64,000 bases of DNA from Nannocystis bainbridge (lineage in GTDB: Bacteria; Myxococcota_A; Polyangia; Nannocystales; Nannocystaceae). Below, piece after piece: positions 1 to 9,630 of this stretch. The notes under the pieces are model-generated. The model made no database searches and was not told the DNA's origin. It saw only the letters and a program-made list of their open reading frames with translations. Both the position numbers and the translations under genes were made by a program. The stretch lies in NCBI RefSeq assembly GCF_028368995.1, contig NZ_JAQNDL010000003.1:128001-192000 (forward strand), given 5' to 3'. The stretch's first letter is position 1. Every line of letters begins with the position of its first letter.

Positions 1-2
1 CC

Positions 3-752
3 GTGCCGTGCGCGTGGGCGCTGGCCCGCGGCCTGCGAGCGGCCGGGCGCAGCCGCGACGACCGTCAGCCGCCAGCCGCCCGCGCCGGCCTCGCGGTGCT
101 CGTCGTCTGCGCCGCCCCGATCGCCGCGCTGGTAGTCCCGGCAGTGACATGGCCTTTGGGACAGGGCGATGCCCTCCTGGCCGCCCAGCTGCCCGCGACC
201 CTCGCCAGCGCCGGCGCCTCGGCCGTGCTCGCCGCGGCGCTCGGTTGCGTCACCGGCCTGGCCGCGCCCGCGCGCTGGAGCCCCGCGCTGCTGCTGCCGC
301 TGGCGCTGCCGCCGGCGGTCTACGGCGCGGCGTGGCTGGTGACCGCGCAACAGCTCGGCTGGCGGCCCGGGCCGCTCCTGACCTTTGTGACATTGCTTCC
401 GGGACAGGTTGCCATCGCCCACGCCGGCGCCGCCGCGGCCTTCGCCGACCTCGGGCGGCTCGCCGACGCTGCCCGCGACCTCGGGGCCGGGCCGGCCGCG
501 CGCGCCCGCTGGTTGTGGTGGCCGCTGGCGCGGCCGATCGGCGCCGCGCTGGCGCTGGTGGCCTTCGCCCTCGCCCTCGGCGACGCCGGCGCGGCCGGCT
601 TCACCTCCGGTCCTGGCGGCAGCACCCTCGCCGTCGGCCTCGAGATCCTCGGCCGCGGCGGCGATCTGGGCGCCGTGCCGCGCTGGGCGCTCGCCCTCGG
701 CCTCGTGCCCTTGCTGGCGGCCGCGCTTGCTGCTCTCCTGCGCCGGCGATGA
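3..752 (+). CDS. ABC transporter permease (PotB/PotC-like), 5'-truncated by window edge
   Basis: Multiple hydrophobic helices and an EAA-like loop (LADAARDLGAGP). The stop overlaps the next start (ATGA at 749-752). Confidence 0.8.
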   Translation: MPCAWALARGLRAAGRSRDDRQPPAARAGLAVLVVCAAPIAALVVPAVTWPLGQGDALLAAQLPATLASAGASAVLAAALGCVTGLAAPARWSPALLLPLALPPAVYGAAWLVTAQQLGWRPGPLLTFVTLLPGQVAIAHAGAAAAFADLGRLADAARDLGAGPAARARWLWWPLARPIGAALALVAFALALGDAGAAGFTSGPGGSTLAVGLEILGRGGDLGAVPRWALALGLVPLLAAALAALLRRR

Positions 753-1819
753 CGCTCTCGCTGCGCGCGCTGACCAAATCCTACGCCGGGCGCCTCGCGC
801 TCGCGGAGGTCGACGCCGAGCTGCCCGCGGGCGGCTACACCTGCCTCATGGGCGCCTCGGGCTCGGGCAAGACGACGCTGCTGCGGATCGTCGCCGGCCT
901 CGAGCGCCAGGATCGCGGCAGCGTGCTGCTCGACGGGCGCCCGCTCGACGATCTGCCGGCCGAGCGCCGCCCGGTCCACACCCTGTTCCAGGACTACGCC
1001 CTGTTCCCGCACCTCGACGCCGCCGACAACGTCGCCTTCGCCCCGCGCCTGCTCGGCCTGCGCGGCCGCGAGCTGACCGCCCGCGTGCGGGCATTGTTGG
1101 CAGATGTCGGATTGGACATGTCCTTCGAGACACGCAAGCCCGCGGCCATGTCCGGCGGCGAGCAGCAGCGGCTGGCCCTCGCCCGCGCCCTGGCCGGCGA
1201 GCCGCGCTGGCTGCTGCTCGACGAGCCGCTGGCCGCCCTCGATCGCCCGCTGCGGGCCGGCCTGCGCCGCCTGCTGCGCGACGTCACCCGCCGGCGCGGC
1301 CTCGGCTGCCTGCACGTCACCCACGACCCCGAGGAGGCGCTCGCGCTGGCCGACCGCCTGCTCGTGTTCGGCGGCGGCCGTCTGCTCGCCGCCGGCGCCC
1401 CCGCCGCGCTCTACGCCGCCCCGCCCTCGCTCCCCGTCGCCCGCCTGCTCGGCGAGATCACCCCCGAGCCGGGCGGCGACGGCTGGCTGCGCCCCGAGCA
1501 CCTGCGCCTCGCCGTCGGCGGCGCCTCGAAGGACATGTCCCCATCGACATGTCCCGAAGACCATGCCCTAAACGACATGCCCCATGGGCCTGCCGATCTG
1601 CCGCGAGGGTCAGGCGCCAGCGATCGCCCCGCCGCCCGCGCGCTCGGCACGGTGCGGGCCGTCGCCTGTCTCGGCGATCGCTGGGAGGTCGAGGTCGACA
1701 TCGGCGGGCGCGTCCATCTGTCGCGGGTCCCCGGCGATCCGCGCTGCGGGCCCGGAGAGCCCGCCTGCGTGACGTGGGACCGTGCGCGCGTGCTGCGGTT
1801 CGCCGGGCACGAGCCCTGA
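749..1819 (+). CDS. potA: Polyamine-type ABC transporter ATP-binding subunit
   Basis: Walker A GASGSGKT, Q-loop FQDYALFPH, signature MSGGEQQR, Walker B LLLDEP, H-loop VTHD, TOBE-like C-terminus. Start taken at ATG 749, coupled to the permease stop, not at ORF start 8. Confidence 0.88.
   Translation: MTLSLRALTKSYAGRLALAEVDAELPAGGYTCLMGASGSGKTTLLRIVAGLERQDRGSVLLDGRPLDDLPAERRPVHTLFQDYALFPHLDAADNVAFAPRLLGLRGRELTARVRALLADVGLDMSFETRKPAAMSGGEQQRLALARALAGEPRWLLLDEPLAALDRPLRAGLRRLLRDVTRRRGLGCLHVTHDPEEALALADRLLVFGGGRLLAAGAPAALYAAPPSLPVARLLGEITPEPGGDGWLRPEHLRLAVGGASKDMSPSTCPEDHALNDMPHGPADLPRGSGASDRPAARALGTVRAVACLGDRWEVEVDIGGRVHLSRVPGDPRCGPGEPACVTWDRARVLRFAGHEP
1532..1591. repeat. Tandem array of 14-bp units (GACA-TGTC-N6), in frame inside the ABC ATPase
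   Basis: GACATGTCcccatc GACATGTCccgaag ACCATGCCctaaac GACATGCCccatgg; period 14. Confidence 0.8.
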
Positions 1820-1840
1820 GCCTGTGGCATGGTGCCGCCC

Positions 1841-2875
1841 ATGCAGGGACTGAGCCGCCGCACCTTCCACCGCTTGCTCGGCGCCGGTGCGTGCGCCACC
1901 GCCTGCTCCGGCGGGGGCAGGACCCTCGCGCTCTACAACTGGGGCGACTACCTCGCGCCCGAGGTCATCGAGCGCTTCACCGCCGCCACCGGCTTCCGCG
2001 TCACCCAGGACTACTACCTCGCCGAGGCCGAGCTGGTGGCCAAGCTGGCGAGCGGCGCCGCCTACGACGTGGTGTTCCCGATCGACTACGTGCTCGAGCG
2101 CCTGCGCAAGCAAGCCCTCGTGATCCCGCTCGGGCGCGACAAGCTGCCCGGGCTCGCCAACCTCGACCCGCAGTTCGGCCCGTGGCTCGGCCCCGACAAC
2201 CAGATCTACGCCGTCCCGTACCTCTGGGGCACCACCGGCATCGGCTACGACAGCGACCACGTCGAGGCCCCGACCTCGTGGAAGGCCCTGTCCGACCCGC
2301 GCTACGCCGGCAAGATCAGCGTCATCGACAGCAAGGGCGACGTCTTCGATCAGGCCCTGCTCGCCGCCGGCATGGACATCAACACCACCGACAAGCCGGC
2401 CCTCCGCGAGCGCGTGTTTCCCCTGCTGCAGGCCCAGAAGCCGCTCCTGCGCGCGTATGACAGCAACCCGGCGCGGGCGCTGGTGTCGGGCGAGACGTGG
2501 ATCGCCCAGATCGACAGCGGCGACCTGTTCCGGGCCCAGAAGCAGCGGCCGAGCCTGCGCTACGCGATCCCCGACGAGGGCGCGGTGCTGTGGGTCGACT
2601 ATCTGGCGATCCCCGCCACCGCGCCGCTCTCCGCCGTCGCGGCGCGCTTCATCGATTTCTTGCTCGACCCCGAGATCGCGGCGCTCAACGCCAACGCCCT
2701 GCGCTTCGCCACCCCGAACCTGGCCGCGATCACGCGCGGCCTCGTCGCCGACGCCGCCGACCCCGCGCTGTACCCCTCGGCCGAGACGCGCAAGCGGCTG
2801 TTCGTGTCGGAGAACTGGTTCGGTCAGACCGAGGCCGTCGTCGACGAATTGTGGCTCGAGCTGCGCCGCGCCTGA
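1841..2875 (+). CDS. potD: Spermidine/putrescine-binding protein (PotD/PotF-like) with Tat-type/lipoprotein signal
   Basis: LYNWGDY, YDVVFP, PYLWGTTGIGY and EGAVLWVDYLAIP motifs; N-terminal SRRTFHRLL...AC. Alternative start 1829. Confidence 0.88.
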   Translation: MQGLSRRTFHRLLGAGACATACSGGGRTLALYNWGDYLAPEVIERFTAATGFRVTQDYYLAEAELVAKLASGAAYDVVFPIDYVLERLRKQALVIPLGRDKLPGLANLDPQFGPWLGPDNQIYAVPYLWGTTGIGYDSDHVEAPTSWKALSDPRYAGKISVIDSKGDVFDQALLAAGMDINTTDKPALRERVFPLLQAQKPLLRAYDSNPARALVSGETWIAQIDSGDLFRAQKQRPSLRYAIPDEGAVLWVDYLAIPATAPLSAVAARFIDFLLDPEIAALNANALRFATPNLAAITRGLVADAADPALYPSAETRKRLFVSENWFGQTEAVVDELWLELRRA

Positions 2876-2974
2876 GCCCCGCGAAGGCGTCACGGCGCGG
2901 GCGTCGGAGCTGCCGATCCAGCAGCAGACCGCCCCGCTGGCGGGGCATACGCGCACGCTGTCGCCGGGCCTCGC

Positions 2975-4231
2975 TCAGCGGAACGGGAGGTAGTCGTGGA
3001 TCCAGTGCGTGCCGTGGGTCGTCAGCGGCGCGGCGTGGGGGCGACGCTGCAGGTCGGCGACGATGCGGGCGCCATCGACCGTGCCGGTGAGCCGCAGGGT
3101 GTCGTCGCCGGTATGTTGATAGTCGAGCACGACGGCCAGAACGCCGGGGTGCGCGAAGCTCAGCGTGTGTGCCTCATCGTCGATCGTCAGCAGATACAGG
3201 GTGCCGGCGCCGTCGGCGGTCTGGATGGTGGCGAGGCCCTCCTGGTTGAGGGCGACGCGCAGCCAGCGGCGTTCGTCGGGCATATCGGCGTGGCCGTCGC
3301 CGGTGAAGGCGATCACGCGGTACACACCGTGCAGCGGTCCGATCGGGGCGAGTTCGCCGGTGCTGCGCATGAGGCCGAGGCAGACGACGAAGTGGTGGGT
3401 AGACATGCCGACGACCAGGGCGAGCCGGGTCCACCAGGCGGCGCGGCGCCACGCGCGGGAGGCGATCGGGAACGGGTCGGTCGTGCGCGCCGGGACGGCG
3501 TGGCCCCACAGCGCGGCGAGCAGACGGGTGAGCTCGGGGCCGGCGAGCAGCAGGGCGAGCAGCAGCAGGTGCGTCGCGTGCAGCTTGACCGGGACGTCGT
3601 AGCAATAGTTGAGGAGGACGACGTTCGTCATGACGACGACGGTCAACAGGGCGCCGGCGGGGCGGGTGCGGCGCCAGAACAGCAGCACGCCGGCGACGAC
3701 CTCGATCAGGCCGGTGGCGCTCTGATAGGCAGGGCTCGCGCCCATCAAGCTCCACAGCAGCAGCGTCGGCGAGGTGTCGCCGAGCGGGAGGATCGCCCGC
3801 TCGGGACCGATCGCGGGCATCTGCGTGGGGATCAGCTTGTACCAGCCGTAGGTGAGCATCTCGAGGCCGAGGTACACGGCTGCGTAGGCCCGGCCGCGAT
3901 CCATGGCCCGCAGCGACGGTTCAGAGGTACGTGTGACGAGTGGCCACAGCGTGGCGAGCACGCCGGCGAGCGCGAGCCGGGCGAGCGCTGAGACGTAGTA
4001 GTAGGCCTGATCGCCGGCGTCGCTGTCGATGCGCGGGACGGCCGCGAGGCCGATGCGGTCGCCGAGCCAAGCGACCAGCGCGAGCCACGGCTCCTCGTGG
4101 ACGTGGACCCACGGCAGGACGAGATCGCCGAGCATCCACAGCGGGAACAGCAGGAGGTAGAGCAGGAAATAGGCGAGCACCCAGCGCCACAGGAAGGCGG
4201 ATATGCGCGCATGCATGGACGACGGGGTCAC
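2975..4231 (-). CDS. DoxX-like multi-pass membrane protein
   Basis: Hydrophobic helices with YGWYKLIPTQM, LLWSLMGAS and NVVLLNYCYDVPVK motifs typical of this family; soluble beta-rich C-terminus. Confidence 0.7.
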   Translation of the reverse strand: MTPSSMHARISAFLWRWVLAYFLLYLLLFPLWMLGDLVLPWVHVHEEPWLALVAWLGDRIGLAAVPRIDSDAGDQAYYYVSALARLALAGVLATLWPLVTRTSEPSLRAMDRGRAYAAVYLGLEMLTYGWYKLIPTQMPAIGPERAILPLGDTSPTLLLWSLMGASPAYQSATGLIEVVAGVLLFWRRTRPAGALLTVVVMTNVVLLNYCYDVPVKLHATHLLLLALLLAGPELTRLLAALWGHAVPARTTDPFPIASRAWRRAAWWTRLALVVGMSTHHFVVCLGLMRSTGELAPIGPLHGVYRVIAFTGDGHADMPDERRWLRVALNQEGLATIQTADGAGTLYLLTIDDEAHTLSFAHPGVLAVVLDYQHTGDDTLRLTGTVDGARIVADLQRRPHAAPLTTHGTHWIHDYLPFR

Positions 4232-4738
4232 CGGGCCTGCATACTAGAGTCCGCTACGAATTGTTCCGGGCGCAGGGTGCTGCGCGGGCACCTGTGCTTT
4301 AAAATTTCCTGGGACATATGACGCCCGGACGAGCATGGTCGCCGAGGTGGATGTATCTCGTGGCCAATCGTAGTGGCTAAATGCCAGCGTCCGGCGTTGC
4401 GACAAATGACGGGCTTACCCAGCTTGTCAATTTCGTCTGCGCGATCGAGGCTCTCGCAATGGGTGTAAGACGGCATCGATCGCGAACGCGGGGCCAGGGT
4501 GAAAAGCAGCGCATCCTGGAGAAGCCGTGGGGCGAATTCGCGGCCGCGACCCTCGATGTCTGCTCGTGCAGGGCCCGGCGCGGTCCTGCACCCGGTTGAG
4601 CTCCCCGCTCGCCTCCCGCCGGGCCGCCACCGCAGGTGTGGTAGGCTCGGCCGGAAAAACGGCCACGGCGGACGTTGCCGACGGCGAGTGTGTAGAATGC
4701 CAAATCACGACAGTCCTTCGACGCGATGGATTCACCGC

Positions 4739-5545
4739 ATGCGGCCGCGGGCCCGGGCGACCGCCACGACCCTGCTGTTCGCCGGCCTCGCGGCATGCAC
4801 CCCGAAGCCCGTCGCCCCCGTCGTTGCCCCTGTGCCCGCCGACGCGCCTGCGGCCGCGACCGCGCACGCCTCGCCCGCGCCCACGAACACCCCCATGCCC
4901 TCGCACGCCTCGTTATCATTCGACCACGTGATCCTCCCCGCCGGCGGTGAGGTCCGCGTCCTCGACCTCGTGCTCACCGCGATCGAGGTCCGCGAGGAGC
5001 AATACGACCACAAGCCCGGTCACGGCGACGTGCTGGCCGCCACCCTGCACGTCCGCGCGGCCGGCAGCCCCGCGCCGTCGACCCGGGACATGGCCGCCCA
5101 GAGCGACGCCCTCGTCCGGGTCCGCTCCGACGCCGGCGCCGGCGGCACGACCTGGCAGCATTACCGGTTCGTCGTCACGGGCGGCGACCGGAACGCGGTC
5201 GTGCTCGCGGTGACCCCGTTCTCCCGCGCCGGATCGGCCGGCGGCGCGCCCCTCAAGCTCGATGCCCGCGGCGGCATCGGTGCGGCGGCGGGCCTCGCCT
5301 TCACCGTGCTCGAGGTCGTCGAGAAGTTCATGAACGACGGCAACACCATGATGCGCGTGAAGCTGCACGTGCGGCGCGCGGGCACCCCGGCGCCCTCCGC
5401 TGCCGAGCTCGCCGACGAGGATTCGCGGGTGACGCTGACGTCGGACCCGGGCTCCGACACCACCACGTGGAACGGCTTCCGCATCGACTACCTCGGCGGC
5501 TGGCGCGACGAGGTCGAGCTGCGCATCGTGCCACCGGCGAATTGA
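4739..5545 (+). CDS. Hypothetical lipoprotein with two tandem internal repeat domains
   Basis: Lipobox LAAC, Pro/Ala linker, duplicated segments HVRAAGSPAPS..TTWQHYRF and HVRRAGTPAPS..TTWNGFRI. Start placed at ATG 4739. Confidence 0.7.
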   Translation: MRPRARATATTLLFAGLAACTPKPVAPVVAPVPADAPAAATAHASPAPTNTPMPSHASLSFDHVILPAGGEVRVLDLVLTAIEVREEQYDHKPGHGDVLAATLHVRAAGSPAPSTRDMAAQSDALVRVRSDAGAGGTTWQHYRFVVTGGDRNAVVLAVTPFSRAGSAGGAPLKLDARGGIGAAAGLAFTVLEVVEKFMNDGNTMMRVKLHVRRAGTPAPSAAELADEDSRVTLTSDPGSDTTTWNGFRIDYLGGWRDEVELRIVPPAN

Positions 5546-5859
5546 TAGCCCTGCGTCGCGGACCTGGCGATTCCGCAGGCCCGCGAATGCGAATCGGCGC
5601 ATCCCGGAAGCCGCGCGGTTCCGTCCGACCGCGCCGGGGCCCCATGGATCGGCTCGCTGCTCAGCGAGCCCCCGGCCCTCCGCATGCGTCCCCCGATGAT
5701 TCGCTGGCGGACTCCATCGATTACGAGCCTGCCGCGACCGATGATTGGGGTCACCGCTCCTCGCCGCGAGGCCCCAATTGCGGCCGCTACACTGCGACGA
5801 TCGACCCGCGCGAATCGACGCCTTGACGCTATTTGCCGCCCGGTGATAAGGCCGCTGCC

Positions 5860-6966
5860 ATGGCCATGACCCTGCAAAATTGGTGGTTCGTCCTGCCCTC
5901 CCTGACGCTGCTCGCCGCGCCCGCGTGCGGGGGCGACGGCGGCGCCACGACCGGCACCACCGGCACCGACGGCACGACGGAGCCCGGCACGACCGACGGC
6001 ACCACCACCACGGGCAGCACCGGTCAGCCGGGCAACCCGAGCAGCCCGGCCACCAGCGAGACGCCGACCACCGACGGCACCACCCTCGAGCCCACGACCG
6101 CCACCACCGACGAGCCGGCGACCGTGACCACGGAGGAGCCGGGCACCACCACTACCACCGAGCCCGGCACCACCACCAGCGAGCCGGGCACCACTACCGA
6201 CACCACCACCGGCACCACCGGCCCCGTCGAACCTGGCCCTGACCATATCCCCGAGATCCCCGACGACGGCATGCCCTCGTCGGCCCACTTCAAGAAGATC
6301 CCGCTCGGCATGTCCGACGCCACCCAGGGCTTCTGGGAGTACACCCCGCCCGGCTACGGCGGCGGCGAGAAGTACCCGCTGCTGGTGTTCCTGCACGGCA
6401 TCGGCGAGAACGGCAACGGCGACAGCGAGCTCGACAAGGTGCCCAACGGCGGCGGCCCGCCGCGGCTGCAGAAGAACAACCAGTGGGACACCACCCTGCC
6501 GTTCGTCGTGCTCTCGCCGCAGCACCCCGGCGGCGGCTGCCCCGGCCCGGGCGAGATCCACTCGTTCATCGAGTTCGCGATGACGCACTACGACGTGAAC
6601 CCCGCGCGCGTCTACCTCACGGGCCTCAGCTGCGGCGCGATCGGCTCGTGGGGCTACCTCGGCGATTTCCTCGACGAGCAGATCGTGGCGATGGTCCCGA
6701 TCGCCGGCGACGGCAAGGGCGCGTTCAACAAGGCCAAGTGCGAGCTCGGCCGCGTCCCGATCTGGGCCTTCCACGGCGACGCCGACCCGACCGTCAACGT
6801 CAGCGGCACCATCGTCCCGGTGGAGGGCCTGCAGGCCTGCGACCCCAAGCCCGACGTCGAGATGGTGATCTATCCCGGCACCGGCCACGACTCGTGGTCC
6901 AAGACCTACGATCTGTCCGCCGGCCATGACATCTATTCGTGGCTGCTCGAGCGCTACAAGCAATAG
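5860..6966 (+). CDS. Lipoprotein esterase/peptidase (alpha/beta hydrolase) with Thr-rich linker
   Basis: Lipobox APAC, Thr/Glu/Pro-rich stalk, PLLVFLHG, nucleophile GLSCGA, WAFHGDAD, GHDSW. Confidence 0.85.
   Translation: MAMTLQNWWFVLPSLTLLAAPACGGDGGATTGTTGTDGTTEPGTTDGTTTTGSTGQPGNPSSPATSETPTTDGTTLEPTTATTDEPATVTTEEPGTTTTTEPGTTTSEPGTTTDTTTGTTGPVEPGPDHIPEIPDDGMPSSAHFKKIPLGMSDATQGFWEYTPPGYGGGEKYPLLVFLHGIGENGNGDSELDKVPNGGGPPRLQKNNQWDTTLPFVVLSPQHPGGGCPGPGEIHSFIEFAMTHYDVNPARVYLTGLSCGAIGSWGYLGDFLDEQIVAMVPIAGDGKGAFNKAKCELGRVPIWAFHGDADPTVNVSGTIVPVEGLQACDPKPDVEMVIYPGTGHDSWSKTYDLSAGHDIYSWLLERYKQ
6875..6964 (+). repeat. 90-bp direct repeat, copy 1 (3' end of the esterase gene)
   Basis: Ungapped match to 12382-12471 with 12 mismatches in 90 nt by manual alignment; the first 26 nt are identical. 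Confidence 0.9.
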
Positions 6967-7121
6967 CCCACCCATGCGCATTGTCCCCGCGCGCCCGCGA
7001 GGGCGCCCGCAGGGCCCTCGGCTCGCCCGACGAACGCCGCGCCTGCGACGTTCTCATCACGATCACCACCCGCGAGGCGAAGGCACTCGAGGCTGTCCCC
7101 AAGGACAGCTGGCGCCCTCGC

Positions 7122-8582
7122 CTACGGCGCGCGGCGGGCCGTGACGATCCAGGCGCATGATTCGAAGAGGACCCCCTCGCCGGTCTGGTGCGCGGCGAGG
7201 GTCGCGCGCAGCCTGCCCACTGCGCGCTGCGCCGCCGCCGACTCCATTCGCAGGAGCAGCTCCCGCGTCGAGATGAAGTCGCGCACGAGCTCCACCGCCG
7301 CGGACGCGTCGGGGCCGTAATAAACCGGCTCGCGCACCTCGGCGAAGGCGATGTTGGTGAAGCCAGCGGCGACGAGCAGGGACTCGACCGCGGGCGCATC
7401 GGCGAGCGAGAACGCATCCAGCGACCCTGGCGGCGGCCTGGCGCCCAGCGCCTCCTGGATCGCGGTGGCCCACTCGTTTCGCTCCCGGCTCTGCCACACC
7501 ATCATGACCAGGCGCCCGCCCGGACGCGTCGCGCGGGCGATGTTCTCGAACGCGGCCAGCGGGTCGGCGAAGAACATGGTGCCGAACCGACTGAGGACGA
7601 CGTCGAAGCTGCCCGGTGGCAACACATGGACCTGAGCGTCGCCGCGCTCGTAGGTCGCGTTCTGCACCCCCTCGTCCGCGGTGCGCCGGCGCGCGAGCTC
7701 CAGCAGCTCCGCGGAGACATCGATACCGACCGCGCTCCCGGGTGCCGCCGCCCGGGCCGCGTCGCGCGTGGACTGGCCGCCGCCGCAGCCGATGTCGAGC
7801 ACGCGGTCACCCGGGCGCACCCCCGCCGCCGCGCGCAGCCGCTCGTTGTGACGGCGCAGCTCGGCGTCGTAATGGTCGATGACCCGCAGCCGTGGCCGAC
7901 GCCGACGCCCGGCCTGCTCGAGCAAGCTGGCAAGCTCGACGGGGCGGCTCAGTGCCACACAGTGGCCGGCAGCGATCTCGTCGGGCACGACGCCGAGGCG
8001 CTCGGCCACCACGCGGCGCATGAAGGCGGGCGGGAAGAAGCGATCCTCGGTGCACAGGACGAAGCGGGTCGGCACCTCCGGCAATGCGTCGAGCGGCCAC
8101 GGCGACGCCATCGCGGCCTTCGCCGGGTGCGCACGCTCCTTGCCCATCGCCAGGGTGGCCAGCTCGCGCGGCACGTCGTGGTAGAAGCAGACGTACGGGT
8201 CGTCGCTGCCGGTCACCCCGCCGTCGCGCGCGGCCTGCTCCTCGACCGCCTGCCGGTATCGTGTGTTCTGCCACCAGTCGCGCGGCGCCTCGCCCGGAGC
8301 GGGCACCATCCCGCTCACGAACACCAGAGCATCGACCGGGAGCCGGGCCGCGACCAGCGGGGCCGTGAACCCGCCGAACGACTGGCCCACGACGACCAGG
8401 TCCCTGCGGTCGCCGACGGCGGCGACCACCGCGTCGGCGTAGTCCTCGAGCTCGAGCGAGTCGTCGTCGCCAGGCAGGTCGGGGGCCACCACGTCGTGCC
8501 CGCGCGCCCGCAGCTCGGCCTCGACCAGGTGCCAGTACCAGCCGACGTCGCCGGCGCCGTGAATCAGTACGAAGGTGCTCAT
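7122..8582 (-). CDS. Alpha/beta hydrolase fused to class I SAM-dependent methyltransferase
   Basis: N-half FVLIHGAG, GQSFGG; C-half VLDIGCGGG, FDVVLSRFGTMFF. Confidence 0.85.
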   Translation of the reverse strand: MSTFVLIHGAGDVGWYWHLVEAELRARGHDVVAPDLPGDDDSLELEDYADAVVAAVGDRRDLVVVGQSFGGFTAPLVAARLPVDALVFVSGMVPAPGEAPRDWWQNTRYRQAVEEQAARDGGVTGSDDPYVCFYHDVPRELATLAMGKERAHPAKAAMASPWPLDALPEVPTRFVLCTEDRFFPPAFMRRVVAERLGVVPDEIAAGHCVALSRPVELASLLEQAGRRRRPRLRVIDHYDAELRRHNERLRAAAGVRPGDRVLDIGCGGGQSTRDAARAAAPGSAVGIDVSAELLELARRRTADEGVQNATYERGDAQVHVLPPGSFDVVLSRFGTMFFADPLAAFENIARATRPGGRLVMMVWQSRERNEWATAIQEALGARPPPGSLDAFSLADAPAVESLLVAAGFTNIAFAEVREPVYYGPDASAAVELVRDFISTRELLLRMESAAAQRAVGRLRATLAAHQTGEGVLFESCAWIVTARRAP

Positions 8583-8642
8583 GCGATGCCCTCGGCGGAG
8601 GGTAGCGCGTTTCCTGGCGCCCGTGGCGACGACATCCCCAGC

Positions 8643-9329
8643 TCAGGCCGACGGGACGGAGCCGATGACAAACTCGCTGACGTCGCTGTGCTCCTCGCAA
8701 CCGTTCAGGATGGCGCCGACGACCAGGATGTCGTAGTCGCGGCCGCCGGCGCTCAGGCTGCCACGATTACCGCTGGCGATCGTCACCGCAGGACCGTCGG
8801 GGTGGGTGAAGGTGAAAGCATATTCTTGGCGACATTCGCTGCCGCAGCCAGCGGAATCGAGGCTCGCCGACAGCGGGACGAGGTCCTCGCTGGACACGGT
8901 GAGGCCGTTGAATTCCTGGGCGGCGAGCACGAGATCGCCGCTGGCGAGGTCGCGGAGGGCGATAAACATCCCGGCGAGGAAATCGTCGCGCACGATGTCC
9001 AGCTGCACGTCGGTCAGGCCGTCGAGGCCGAGCTTGAAGTCCGCCGGGACCGTCAAATCGAGGGAGACCTGCTTGTCCGCGCACATCATCTCGAGCGAGA
9101 CCTTGCCGGCGGCGTTGGATGCCTTGGTGACGGAGCACTCGTGGCTCCCCGTCAGGTTCATCGCGTCGGTGTACGTGAAGCTGGCGGCCTCGACGGCGGG
9201 ATCGGCAGCCGGACAGGGCTCGAAGGTGTCGGTGTCGGAGGTCGTGTCGCTGTCGGTCCCTTCGCCCTTCGTGGGCGCGCAGGCGGCGAGGAGGGCGAAG
9301 GCGGCGGCGAAGATCGATGTGCGTGCCAT
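8643..9329 (-). CDS. Hypothetical Cys-containing lipoprotein
   Basis: MARTSIFAAAFALLAAC lipobox and strong GC3 bias from ATG 9329; the upstream ORF extension looks non-coding. Confidence 0.7.
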   Translation of the reverse strand: MARTSIFAAAFALLAACAPTKGEGTDSDTTSDTDTFEPCPAADPAVEAASFTYTDAMNLTGSHECSVTKASNAAGKVSLEMMCADKQVSLDLTVPADFKLGLDGLTDVQLDIVRDDFLAGMFIALRDLASGDLVLAAQEFNGLTVSSEDLVPLSASLDSAGCGSECRQEYAFTFTHPDGPAVTIASGNRGSLSAGGRDYDILVVGAILNGCEEHSDVSEFVIGSVPSA

Positions 9330-9630
9330 GGTGCCGAAGGCCCTAGCAGCCGGTGTGCCGGCGCAAGTCACCCGGGATTGCAAGTCTTTGCAGTGCCAGT
9401 GCGGACCCGCATGACGGGCCTGTCTCCACGCCGGGGCGCGCGTGTCGCAATTCACGGGCGCAGCGTCGGGGACCGAGAGGCAGCACCCCGATCGCGCGCG
9501 CGACCACCGGTCGACTCTCGACGCGGAGTGAGGCGGACTCAGGGCGACGTCATCATCCACGGGCGCAACGGCAGCTCGCAGGCGCCGTCGCGGGAGTGTT
9601 AGGATGCGCGCCGGCTCGAACTGACGGCCC

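Noticed and set aside
4247-4690. Lower-GC intergenic region with small hairpins, possible ncRNA or riboswitch
   Set aside because: No recognisable RNA family motif; consistent with a divergent promoter region.
5947-6220. Thr-rich ACC-repeat tracts (also ~43925-44152)
   Set aside because: Ordinary low-complexity lipoprotein stalks common in myxobacteria, not an independent repeat element.
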